Source: Veleropilina oligotropha (taxonomy: Eukaryota). Taken from it: a DNA stretch of 64,000 nt. Under the pieces are notes generated by a model, which worked only from the letters and a program-made list of their open reading frames with translations, was not told where the DNA came from and did no database searches. The stretch's first letter is position 1. The number at the start of each line of letters is the position of its first letter. The position numbers were made by a program, and so were the translations under genes. Location of the stretch: contig JBEUKZ010000125.1 of the NCBI GenBank assembly GCA_048128005.1, positions 310,001 to 374,000 on the forward strand, given 5' to 3'. This document shows positions 41,925-55,300 of this stretch, in pieces.

Positions 41925-42830
41925 TGGCTCAATTGCGCTAACTAACAGGAGTAAATTCGAATGTCAGTGGGTCATTAACATTCTTGATTCAGTTATCAAT
42001 CGCGCTTGTCCGTAACTGGCCGGGCTTTCCTCTCCCGCTATAATATGGACATGTCCTGCCTTGAACACAGGACATTGCGCATCCATCTTATATAAATAAT
42101 GGACATTAGATCTGTGATCACAAAGAGGCTTATTGCTTCAGACTACAGATATAATTGAAATAATGTTAAAAGGTGATTGTACAACTAAATGTATTCAAAT
42201 CAAATGAAAATTGGTTCGAGATGTGGTAAATTCTATTCATCGGTATCAACTAAAGTTGACTGCGATGATATCTTCATTCCATAATTGACCCCGTTGGATG
42301 TAAAAATTGGATGTTATGCATGCATATATACAATCCTTCCAATATTACTTGTGAATGATGAGCTGTGTCCCAGCGGGCAAAAGATGTTGAAAGACATTGT
42401 ACCAACGTCAATGACGTTGTTTCAACGTCTTTCAACGTTGTAACGTCTTTTGCCGGCTGGGGTATAGGTTATACCACGTGGTTATACCTCGTTGATTAAC
42501 TGCAGGCTTTTCCGATTAGATATTACATAAACCATTGCAAAAGTGTAAAATAATTTAAAATATGTGATTTTAATAATCTAATACACCCATTTTTAGTGAA
42601 AGAAAGTAGTCCCCGTGGTCTGACAATATGGCCAGTTAGACCACGGGCCAAGACAATAGAATGACGTCATAAAAATGGAATGTTTGGTCAGGTTTGCCTA
42701 TTGAACAGCATTTTCCGTAACATTTTGCGAAAAAGCAAACTATCCTCTAAGGTGATTCGACGAGACCAAAATGGCGAACACAGACAGATTGTACATTGAA
42801 TATTTATTACAACTGGCCACACTTGTAGTC

Positions 42831-43468
42831 CATGAGCATAGCCAGGAATTTGAAACGGGGGGCGAAATGAAGTACAAAATATACTATCAACGGTACGCGT
42901 GAGGCCCCACACGGAGGAAAATTTTAACAATTAATGATTTGGAACACTCTCTCCTGCATTCTGAGAGTGCAAATGCGATCTATTTTACTAACATTTATAA
43001 ATCATTTTCACCACTTTGTAAGAGTATTATAAAATGGTCGCAATTTGAAATATACTATGAAATATGTCTATATTTGGTGGTAGATGCACTGACCTCTCAC
43101 TCGAGAGGTTTGGGGTTCAACCCCGATCCCGGCGACCTCCCTTGGGCAAGGAATTTAGCATATATTGCCTCGGTTCACCCAGCCGATCTGAGATCTAAAT
43201 GGGTATTGGTTGGCAGGAAGGAATATTGAATGTATATTGAATGAACAGGCCAATAACCAGGTAATAATATGTAAACGCTTTGAGCACGCATCTCGTATGC
43301 GTGGAAAAGCGCAGATAAATCGTCACATTATTATTATTATAAAAAATTTCGATGTATTTTACTAATATTTATAAACCATTATCACCACTGTATGATTAAT
43401 AGGTCGCAATTTGAAATTTCGTTTTTGTCAAAAGGGGAGTCGTCCGACCCCCTATGGCTACGCCCATG
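42831..43468. mobile_element. TIR MITE (TSD TAGTC) containing a CORE-like SINE at ~43075-43340
   Basis: CATGAGCATAGCCA...TGGCTACGCCCATG; inner SINE has GGTTCAACCCC B box, CCCTTGGGCAAG core and (ATT)n tail. Confidence 0.7.
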
Positions 43469-44021
43469 TAGTCGAGTGAATAATAATAAATTCACTCGCT
43501 TGACTGCTCTGTCTAAAAGGAGTGGGTTCGAATCCTTGGCTGGGAATTATCTTCAGTTAACGGGCACAGTTGTCCATATAGGGCATCATCTCCTGGACGA
43601 CCACGCTTTCCTCCCGCAATAATATTGACATGGTACGAACCTGAAGTTTGACAAAACGGGATTACGGATATTAAGCATCAATCCAAACCAAGCTATTAAT
43701 ATTACTTGTTGCGACTGCTGGGCATTCGGTCCGAATATATAATGAGGCCATGTGACCTAAGTTGCATAATGTTGATTTTACATATTGACGGTCATACATT
43801 TAATTTGTATATGATATACACGTACATGCATTAAATTCTCATTACCCACTGCGCTGCCGAAGCGGCCCAGTGTCCACTCTAACTTCACTGGCTTGATTCC
43901 GCTAATGCGAACAGTAGTGGGTTCAATACCCGGCTGAGGCATTGACATTTGTTCAAGTTATGAATCACAGTTGTCCGCGACTGGCCGAAGAGGGCGGGTT
44001 TACCCGGGCTTTCCTCCCGCG

Positions 44022-47000
44022 ATAAAACACAATTGTGACGTCATCATATTGAATAAGTGTCCATTAATTTTCAAGAATGGACAGTTCAAAGTCATGTTAT
44101 AAACTTGATGCAAAATAGGAGCGGTGGATAGCATGGCACAGGGGATATACAGTGCTGACATACGAAGGTATTTGGTTCAATACTCTGGAGTGCTGAGGAT
44201 TTTTCTCATGAGCGCCGTCTCCGTTGCATACAGCAGAAATGAATAAAAACAATCGCTGAATATATGTTTAATGAACAGAATGACGTAGTATATATATATT
44301 GGTCCTATAGCTAAATACACATCAAGTTAAATAAAGTGACTTATTCAAGAAATATTATGTTCAAGTAACATAATAATAGACTAGTTAATAGGCAATCCTG
44401 TATTCAGCACAAATAAACCAGTATATCCGCATATACAAAAAACAAGAAAGCATGATTTGATTTAGCGGGCATTTGCTGAAAAAGATGTTACTTTTTTAAA
44501 CACACATTAACCGTCACCGATATGTCGTTTCCACTTTTTTTAATACGGAGTGATCGGTCTTATTATGTCCCTGCATAATAGAACTGATCTTTCTTTTCTG
44601 TGCTGTGGTTGTGCGTTTGTAGCTACGAACAGCATTGGAAGTATGACCAGTCACTTTTCAGCATCATACATACGACTGGCAGCTGATGCTCTTAACGAAT
44701 GGTTGGTTCTGTATCCAGTCAAACCAGCCTCTGCACACATTTCACTCACTGTTTTGGCAAGTTGGTGGCGGCCAATATTTTGGCGACTATACCAAACTTC
44801 TGATGTCGGTTTTGCTAATGGGCGCAAGTAGAATCCACTGTCAGCAGGCAATGCCGGACGGTGGGAAAAATAAAGCTCGAACAATCTAACGATGCAACGC
44901 TCCGGACGAACAACATTATCGTAAGCAATCACTGATTTTGGTTGACATTTCCTATGTTTTAATCCGCCTTGGTTGGTTTTAGACACGTCCTCGGTATATC
45001 TTAGATATCTCCCGCTTTCATTTTCACCGACATTTAAATGGTGCGTTCGCAGACAGCGGTGTTCCTGTCCCCCTCTTAGCGCAAAATTTAATCCAATTAA
45101 ATACAGCATTGTTCGAACCAGCTGTTTGGGAGTGTTGCTTCCAAGAATGGAAGAGTCCCACAGCAATTCCTCCTCGGCTATTGTGATAATCTCGGCTTGT
45201 TTTCTAGGTTGGTTAATGTCGCTTCTCGCTCTAGTTTTCATTAAATTATCAAGAGTATTTTTGAGCTCAGAAAATGATTCGTCTGCGAAAAACTTAAAAA
45301 ATTTTCCCCAGCGTATCCATATATAATTGAATGGTAACAACTAGTCCGTAAAGAGAATCTGAGGGATATTCAGTCCCATCGAACTTTTTCACTTCACATA
45401 AGAACCGCGATAGAGAATAGTTTAATTCGTCCACCGTCATTTTTTCCAGGTTTCCAAGAATGGGACTTATTTCATGTTGCCCAGATTGATGAATCGCTCG
45501 GGTATTGCGGTCATTCTGCCACTCTTTGAATAGTCCAACGGCCCACTTTATTTTTGACATTGTACTTGCAGCAAACCTGTAAAAAAAAGAACAGCATAAG
45601 CAAAAATAATGGAAATGAATGCAAATAAATGACTAATAAAACATAGAATAAGTTTAAGAAATTCATCGGTTTGGAATGGACAATCTCCAGCAATAGTGGA
45701 AATGTTGATTGACATCACAATTTTCCTTTTAACAATCATATGTTGACTAGTAGTCTTAGATATAGGCTACTAGTATATAATATGAAAGTTGCACTTTCGC
45801 CATCTCAAAATCATAACAATCAAATGACTTTAGCACATAACAGTTTAAGAAGCGTTTAGTGATAGTGCAACACTTGGTTAATCCTAACATTAGATTCGAT
45901 AATTAATGAGACATTACAGTGGGAATTCAAAGCGGGCCATTCAGAAACACATGCAAATTCTATGCACGACATTAAAATGTTCACGCCTATCAAAATGACA
46001 GGCTATCACTTTTTCTCGATGGAAGCTGTACCGAATTATAGAAATCCTTTATAGATCTCTAGTGGAGCACTTTTTGTGTTGAGCAACACAAACATTGTTC
46101 GTGGAGAATAGCATGTTTGTTACTCTTTATGGGTTTTGCCTTAGTTATAGTTAGTTATAGTTATGAAATGTCGCAAAGAACTCTTCAACGCCAATTTTAG
46201 CCAAAGGCGATCCAATAAAGTGCCACTTTAAACTATAAAATATTAAATTAACTACAAACTCACTTTTTTGTCTGCAAATTTTCCATTTCTTGATCAGATA
46301 CAGGTTTCCGAAAGCGATCATTTGTTTTCTTCTCACAATCTTGATTTATCTGTTGTTCCACTAAGTTACATGTTAGAATAATTTCTTCATCAGATGGTGA
46401 AGGATCTACAGAGATATTTTCTGGACAATCTTTCATTATTTCGTCAGAGGATATGTCGGAACATTGTACAACGTATTTAAAAGTAGACTGCGTTAAATAA
46501 ATATTTAAATCATCATCTGATGTATCTTCCGACGCGGTCATACTGATAATAATTATTGATTCTCTCTCCAGAATTGAAATTTTCAAAATGAAAGATAACC
46601 AGCTGCATGGATAGTTATTGCTTTGCGGTGCTTGGAAAAATCATGCACCCCATGCACGACAGCAACTGTCCATTACTTCAGTAATGGAGAATTACTGTAT
46701 TAAGCTTGAAAAAAGCATGCATCCAATGCACAACAGAAAATGTCGATTACTGTCGTAATGGGGAGTTATTATTAGTGCAACTCATCATTGCACTGATCAG
46801 TAATCTGGTATCACAGTGATTGTATTCTAAATAGACACATAACTATATTATTAAATTTAAATGCACAAAACGTTATTAATAAAACAGTGCCTGTTAATAC
46901 AAAAATATTTATATCAATGATTGTGTTTTATGCCGGAGAAAGTCCATGTATCTGTCCATTCCTGAATAATAATGAAGACTCGGCCCCTTCGGGGCCTTGT

Positions 47001-47052
47001 CTCCATTATTTTTCAGGAATGGACAGATACTCGGACTTTCTCCTAGACATAA
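44022..47052 (-). mobile_element. Crypton-type tyrosine-recombinase DNA transposon, ~3.03 kb
   Basis: YR/DUF3504-like coding region; ATAA direct repeat at both ends; subterminal palindrome; boundaries defined by the interrupted SINE. Confidence 0.85.
44520..46541 (-). pseudogene. Two-exon tyrosine recombinase gene (exon 1 46541-46264, intron 46263-45577, exon 2 45576 to ~44520), disrupted
   Basis: Spliced ENLQTKK-FAASTMSKIKWAVGLFKEW; LSRFLCEVKKFDGTEYP; catalytic motifs FALRGGQE, HSLR, TGH, RSYKR; 1-bp frameshift at ~45296 and a frameshift/deletion at ~44655. Confidence 0.85.
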
Positions 47053-49332
47053 CACGGACATGTCCTGCCTTGAACCTCGATGTTGTAAATATACAGGACA
47101 TTAAGCATCATTCCTCCCCCCATTCTCATTGAAGTTTTCTAGGGCTTACAAAAATAAAAGGAACTAGAGCGATCACGAGGAATCTCTCGGCGGATGCTGC
47201 GGCGTAACGGACGCTAAACCCTAGTATCCCTCGAAACTTTCGTTTCGAGGGATACAATTAAGTGACAAGAATGTGCAACCATTTTGTTCCGAGAGAGATG
47301 ATAACAAACTTCCATAATATCTACAACAGTTTTATTTCAAATGAAACGTTTACATGGTGATGATGAATATTTTCATACGATCTACCGACTGTCTACATGA
47401 TAAATACAATGAAATGAAATGTACAAAGATTTGGTCATAATTCATCAACAGTTCTCTATAATCGTAATGTTTGCTGAAAGTGAAATAACTCTTCTAATAT
47501 GTCTGACATTCTCATAAGCCATGAATCAGCCATCAATAAGCCATGAATGAGCCCCCGTTACAAATCAAATCGCAAGAATCGTGCTAGAGATTCTGTTCAT
47601 CTTACTGCAGTAAAAAAATTGCAATATTAAATATGTCGCATGATCAAGGAGTATATTAAATACAAATATTATGAAAAGTTTATTTTTCTATTTTGGCTTG
47701 CCTCATTTAATGTTGCAAAGTCAACTGTCATCATAAAGCAACAGGGAATTATGCAGAATAAAGGCGGGACTTCATAGCATTTTTAATGTTTTATGAATTC
47801 TTCATGAAAATACTATTGGAAAATTGAAAAATGTAATTTGCAAAATTATGATCAATGATACGATATAATGAATTATGCTTAAATGGAAATGTAATAATAA
47901 TATGCAATCAATTATCAATTTAATTGAAATATGATATTGATACCGCATACATGTAAATTGAGCATTAGGCATTTGTGAACCCAGACGTCGCCTCGAATAT
48001 TATGAAATGTGGTGAATACCGATGGGTAGGACAATTCACAGTAACTTTGAATGGAAAGCCTTTGAGACATCCTGGCATACACCAGTACGATGCATCCATC
48101 ACATTAAACTGCATTGGAGCTGTGCTAAACTGCACACATGCTGCTAATGATAATCTAATACATCATTATTACAGAATGGAGCACATGATTAACCATTATA
48201 TGGCCATTGTAAATCGATACATGATTTTTAATTAGAAATCACAAGTTCTCGTTGATATGTCTTCATTCAGTCATACATAACCTTCATTTCGGTCTCGAGA
48301 ATGACAATTGCAATTTCTGCGCAAACGTTATGGTAATAGGTCAGTATTTCACACTCGTATAACGGAGCAAATGAAGAGACATTAACATACGTTCATAGAT
48401 TATGTCGGCGAATAGTCTAAATAAATAATAAAAGTTCAAAATTTTGTATACATTATTAGCAAGAATTTATGGTGCATCTCATAACCTCAGAAAACCTTGA
48501 AAAATCCCCCTTCTACTTATCAACATCTAACTCTCTTGACAGAAGACATAATCTTGAGAGAGTCTTCACGTGTTACGCTCTATATTGCAGAGGCATCTGA
48601 CCTTCAAAAATAAGTCATGGTCACTGTATCTTGAAACTCGTATAATGGCCGCTCCAGGACACCTTGCACCAACTTTTGTTGCATCGACGCTTGGACAGAC
48701 GGATATATACCAAATGCTATATGCCCTGTCCGACTTTAGTCGTGGGACACGATTAAATGATTTCAATTTTCCATGAAAATTATGCAATTAGCAACATTAT
48801 TACAATATATCATGCGGTCCTTTCGTCGAAGCAAATATGTGAGACAACCATGACATTATTACACTAAATTTTAATGCAAAAGTCGTTAGATAGAATGAAC
48901 CAACATAAACTACGGTGTTTGCTTATAATCAATACCTGGTATAATTTGATGTAAATGCCCTGAGACATCTGTATATTTTCAATAAACTTCATCAAACAGT
49001 TGCTATGTAACAATAGATACAGAAGATTTCATAACAGATGACAATAGTTGCTCAATATAATATAAAGATTGGGTATAAAAACATTCGCCTCTTGCTAGAT
49101 TACCAACGTCTAATAAATTAATTAAATTTACTACAAATAAATAGACATGAAAATGTCACATGTGCAAGAAGTCGTCGAACAACTGTTGAAATTCATTCAT
49201 TCGTGCGAGCCTCATTTTGGGACGATAGCTGATGCCGCGATGGATATATACAACATTCACTCATTCACGACGACTGTGTTGATTGTTATAATGCCTCCCT
49301 GATTGAAAAACATGGATAAACTCCACGACGGA

Positions 49333-52300
49333 CTAGCTGTCTCCGCCATCTGTATTTGCACACAGCTCTGTCCAGCGTTTTTCAAAGTATTTCCGCATCG
49401 TGTGACCCGCCTCGCCGACCTCCGATTCGTCCTCATTGAACATCTTGCAGTTGTCGAAAATAAGACGCATGTCCACCGCAAACTCTGCCCGAGAAGAATA
49501 CCTAGGAGAACGATCAACATTTTGATTAAAAATTGTGAGATATGACATAGTGTCAGGATTACCACATGGGAATCCATTAGTTCATATTATAATGTTCTCA
49601 CATAAAGAAGCTTTATGTGAATTACACGTGCAGAAAATAAATTAATAATTAAGTTAATAATTCAGGGTTCTCCCTGGATTGAAATTATAAGGCGGGGGAA
49701 TTATGTCGCGGAGGGGTCCCCTGTGTTCGCGCGCGCATCCGTGTATGTATTTATGTATGTATGTATGTATGTATGTATGTATGCATGTATATGTATTAAT
49801 TATATGGCTTCTATGAGGTGAACATCTGGAATGGTGGTCATTTAAAAAAAAAGGGTCATAGCGTGGCAGACCCGCCACCTTATAAGTGCCCAGGAGAACG
49901 CTTAATATTATTCCAAAGTCTGTGTAATCCACATATCTGTGCTGGCAGAAAAGATTAGATGAAAATGAAATTTAAGATACATAATAAAACAAGATTAAAT
50001 ATGTAAAACTTACTCCACGTCAATGCGCAGAATTCAAAGATGTGAAAAAGTTGGTTTCGCATACATTTTTGTCAATGGACATATGCAGAGAATTATCACC
50101 ACATCCAAGGGTTGTTTAAGATGAGAAATGAAACAAAGCTGACAGAAAAATCTACACAAAATCTTTGCCGAACCACCTAATTATCAGTTCATTATTAGTA
50201 AAACTAACAAATTTATGAAACTCCTAACGTGCATATCAAATTTCAAGTAAATCGGATTAGATCTGTTGACTGTACAGCGCACACTCCAAATCTCTCTAGA
50301 TGTGAGCAGCGGACAGAAATAAAATCATACTAGTATCCCCATCAATTGTCTGGGATACAATTATATAACATTTGTGCAAAAGAGCCGACGACGTTCACTT
50401 ACACATTGTCCCTGAGTTTATTCCGCATGGTTGTGAAGTCCATGGGCTGCTTTATGTATTTCTTGTATGTGGGAAACTGTTTGAAGTTGACCGGCTGTAA
50501 AAATGGCCATCCCTCGGTGTGGGCATCCATTTCCGTCAGCACTGTCCTAAAACGATACAAACACATCACAGTGAAGATGATGGAATAGGACCGATGCTTA
50601 ATGTCCTGTATAATTAAAACATTCAAGTTCAGGGCAGGACATGTCCAAATTATCACAGGAGGAAAGCCTGGCTGCATGGGGAAACCCACCACCTCCGGGC
50701 AGTTAACCCATTGAATGTGTAAGACGCCATATGGCATCCTGGGCCAGTCATATTTCTTATAAATTTCGCAGTTAACAGGTTGATAACTTAACAAAGATTG
50801 TTAATGCGCCAACCGAGATTCGAACCCACTCCTGTTATATATTTAGTTGGTGCAATCGAGCCAGTGATGTCAGAGTCGACACCCGAAGTCACACGACTGC
50901 GAGAGCGGTCTCACGGTGAACATGAGATATACCGGCAGTCACACGACTACGAGAGCGGTCTCACGGTGAACATGAGATATACCGGCAGTCACACGACTAC
51001 GAGAGCGGTCTCACAGTGAACACGAGATATACCAGCAGTCACACGACTACGAGAGCGGTCTCACAGTGAACATGAGATATACCGGCAGTCACACGACTAC
51101 GAGAGCGGTCTCACGGTGAACATGAGATATACCAGCAGTCACACGACTACGAGAGCGGTCTCACGGTGAACATGAGATATACCGGCAGTCACACGACTAC
51201 GAGAGCGGTCTCACAGTGAACATGAGATATACCGGCAGTCACACGACTACGAGAGCGGTCTCACGGTGAACATGAGATATACCAGCAGTCACACGACTAC
51301 GAGAGCGGTCTCACGGTGAACATGAGATATACCGGCAGTCACACGACTACGAGAGCGGTCTCACGGTGAACATGAGATATACCGGCAGTCACAAGACTAC
51401 GAGAGCGGCCTCACGGTGAACATGAGATATACCGGCAGTCACACGACTACGAGAGCGGTCTCACGGTGAACGTGAGATATACCGGCAGTCACACGACTAC
51501 GAGAGCGGTCTCACGGTGAACATGAGATATACCGGCAGTCACACGACTACGAGAGCGGTCTCACAGTGAACATGAGATATACCGGCGGTCACACGACTAC
51601 GAGAGCGGTCTCACAGTGAACATGAGATATACTGGCAGTCACACGACTACGAGAGCGGTCTCACGGTGAACATGAGATATACCGGCAGTCACACGACTAC
51701 GAGAGCGGTCTCACAGTGAACATGAGATATACCGGCAGTCACACGACTACGAGAGCGGTCTCACGGTGAACATGAGATATACCGGCAGTCACACGACTAC
51801 GAGAGCGGTCTCACAGTGAACATGAGATATACCGGCAGTCACACGACTACGGGAGCGGTCTCACGGTGAACATGAGATATACCGGCAGTCACACGACTAC
51901 GAGAGCGGTCTCACAGTGAACATGAGATATACCGGCAGTCACAAGACTACGAGAGCGGCCTCACGGTGAACATGAGATATACCGGCAGTCACACGACTAC
52001 GAGAGCGGTCTCACGGTGAACGTGAGATATACCGGCAGTCACACGACTACGAGAGCGGTCTCACGGTGAACATGAGATATACCGGCAGTCACACGACTAC
52101 GAGAGCGGTCTCACAGTGAACATGAGATATACCGGCAGTCACACGACTATGAGAGCGGTCTCACAGTGAACATGAGATATACCGGCAGTCACACGACTAC
52201 GAGAGCGGTCTCACGGTGAACATGAGATATACCGGCAGTCACACGACTACGAGAGCGGTCTCACAGTGAACATGAGATATACCGGCAGTCACACGACTAC

Positions 52301-55300
52301 GAGAGCGGTCTCACGGTGAACATGAGATATACCGGCAGTCACACGACTACGAGAGCGGTCTCACAGTGAACATGAGATATACCGGCAGTCACACGACTAC
52401 GGGAGCGGTCTCACGGTGAACATGAGATATACCGGCAGTCACACGACTACGAGAGCGGTCTCACAGTGAACATGAGATATACCGGCAGTCACACTACTAC
52501 GAGAGCGGTCTCACGGTGAACATGAGATATACCGGCAGTCACACGACTACGAGAGCGGTCTCACGGTGAACATGAGATATACCGGCAGTCACACTACTAC
52601 GAGAGCGGTCTCACAGTGAACATGAGATATACCGGCAGTCACACGACTACGAGAGTGGTCTCACGGTGAACATGAGATATACCGGCAGTCACACGACTAC
52701 GAGAGCGGTCTCACGGTGAACATGAGATATACCGGCAGTCACAAGACTACGAGAGCGGCCTCACGGTGAACATGAGATATACCGGCAGTCACACGACTAC
52801 GAGAGCGGTCTCACGGTGAACGTGAGATATACCGGCAGTCACACGACTACGAGAGCGGTCTCACGGTGAACATGAGATATACCGGCAGTCACACGACTAC
52901 GAGAGCGGTCTCACAGTGAACATGAGATATACCGGCGGTCACACGACTACGAGAGCGGTCTCACAGTGAACATGAGATATACTGGCAGTCACACGACTAC
53001 GAGAGCGGTCTCACGGTGAACATGAGATATACCGGCAGTCACACGACTACGAGAGCGGTCTCACAGTGAACATGAGATATACCGGCAGTCACACGACTAC
53101 GAGAGCGGTCTCACGGTGAACATGAGATATACCGGCAGTCACACGACTACGAGAGCGGTCTCACAGTGAACATGAGATATACCGGCAGTCACACGACTAC
53201 GGGAGCGGTCTCACGGTGAACATGAGATATACCGGCAGTCACACGACTACGAGAGCGGTCTCACAGTGAACATGAGATATACCGGCAGTCACAAGACTAC
53301 GAGAGCGGCCTCACGGTGAACATGAGATATACCGGCAGTCACACGACTACGAGAGCGGTCTCACGGTGAACGTGAGATATACCGGCAGTCACACGACTAC
53401 GAGAGCGGTCTCACGGTGAACATGAGATATACCGGCAGTCACACGACTACGAGAGCGGTCTCACAGTGAACATGAGATATACCGGCAGTCACACGACTAT
53501 GAGAGCGGTCTCACAGTGAACATGAGATATACCGGCAGTCACACGACTACGAGAGCGGTCTCACGGTGAACATGAGATATACCGGCAGTCACACGACTAC
53601 GAGAGCGGTCTCACAGTGAACATGAGATATACCGGCAGTCACACGACTACGAGAGCGGTCTCACGGTGAACATGAGATATACCGGCAGTCACACGACTAC
53701 GAGAGCGGTCTCACAGTGAACATGAGATATACCGGCAGTCACACGACTACGGGAGCGGTCTCACGGTGAACATGAGATATACCGGCAGTCACACGACTAC
53801 GAGAGCGGTCTCACAGTGAACATGAGATATACCGGCAGTCACACTACTACGAGAGCGGTCTCACGGTGAACATGAGATATACCGGCAGTCACACGACTAC
53901 GAGAGCGGTCTCACGGTGAACATGAGATATACCGGCAGTCACACTACTACGAGAGCGGTCTCACAGTGAACATGAGATATACCGGCAGTCACACTACTAC
54001 GAGAGCGGTCTCACGGTGAACATGAGATATACCGGCAGTCACACGACTACGAGAGCGGTCTCACGGTGAACATGAGATATACCGGCAGTCACACTACTAC
54101 GAGAGCGGTCTCACAGTGAACATGAGATATACCGGCAGTCACACTACTACGAGAGCGGTCTCACAGTGAACATGAGATATACCGGCAGTCACACGACTAC
54201 GAGAGCGGTCTCACAGTGAACATGAGATATACCAGCAGTCACACGACTATGAGAGCGGTCTCACGGTGAACATGAGATATACCGGCAGTCACACGACTAC
54301 GAGAGCGGTCTCACAGTGAACGTGAGATATACCAGCAGTCACACGACTATGAGAGCGGTCTCACGGTGAACATGAGATATACCGGCAGTCACACGACTAC
54401 GAGAGCGGTCTCACAGTGAACGTGAGATATACCAGCAGTCACACGACTATGAGAGCGGTCTCACGGTGAACATGAGATATACCGGCAGTCACACGACTAC
54501 GAGAGTGGTCTCACGGTGAACGTGAGATATACCGGCAGTCACACGACTACGAGAGTGGTCTCACGGTGAACGTGAGATATACCGGCAGTCACACGACTAC
54601 GAGAGCGGTCTCACAGTGAACATGAGATATACCGGCAGTCACACGACTACGAGAGCGGTCTCACAGTGAACATGAGATATACCAGCAGTCACACGACTAT
54701 GAGAGCGGTCTCACGGTGAACATGAGATATACCGGCAGTCACACGACTACGAGAGCGGTCTCACAGTGAACGTGAGATATACCAGCAGTCACACGACTAT
54801 GAGAGCGGTCTCACGGTGAACATGAGATATACCGGCAGTCACACGACTACGAGAGCGGTCTCACAGTGAACGTGAGATATACCAGCAGTCACACGACTAT
54901 GAGAGCGGTCTCACGGTGAACATGAGATATACCGGCAGTCACACGACTACGAGAGTGGTCTCACGGTGAACGTGAGATATACCGGCAGTCACACGACTAC
55001 GAGAGTGGTCTCACGGTGAACGTGAGATATACCGGCAGTCACACGACTACGAGAGCGGTCTCACGGTGAACATGAGATATACCGGCAGTCACACGACTAC
55101 GAGAGCGGTCTCACAGTGAACATGAGATATACTGGCAGTCACACGACTACGAGAGCGGTCTCACAGTGAACATGAGATATACCGGCAGTCACACGACTAC
55201 GAGAGCAGTCTCACAGTGAACATGAGATATACCGGCAGTCACACGACTACGAGAGCGGTCTCACAGTGAACATGAGATATACCGGCAGTCACACGACTAC

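Larger units (their letters stand above)
43844..47121 (+). mobile_element. Family A SINE split into 43844-44025 and 47049-47121 by the Crypton-like insertion
   Basis: The two halves are contiguous in the family consensus; TSD ATTCTCATT flanks the whole unit. Confidence 0.9.

Noticed and set aside
45290..45312. Possible programmed +1 frameshift at TTT-TAA in the recombinase gene
   Set aside because: A second disruption at ~44655 shows this copy is decayed; a homopolymer indel or sequencing error is the simpler explanation
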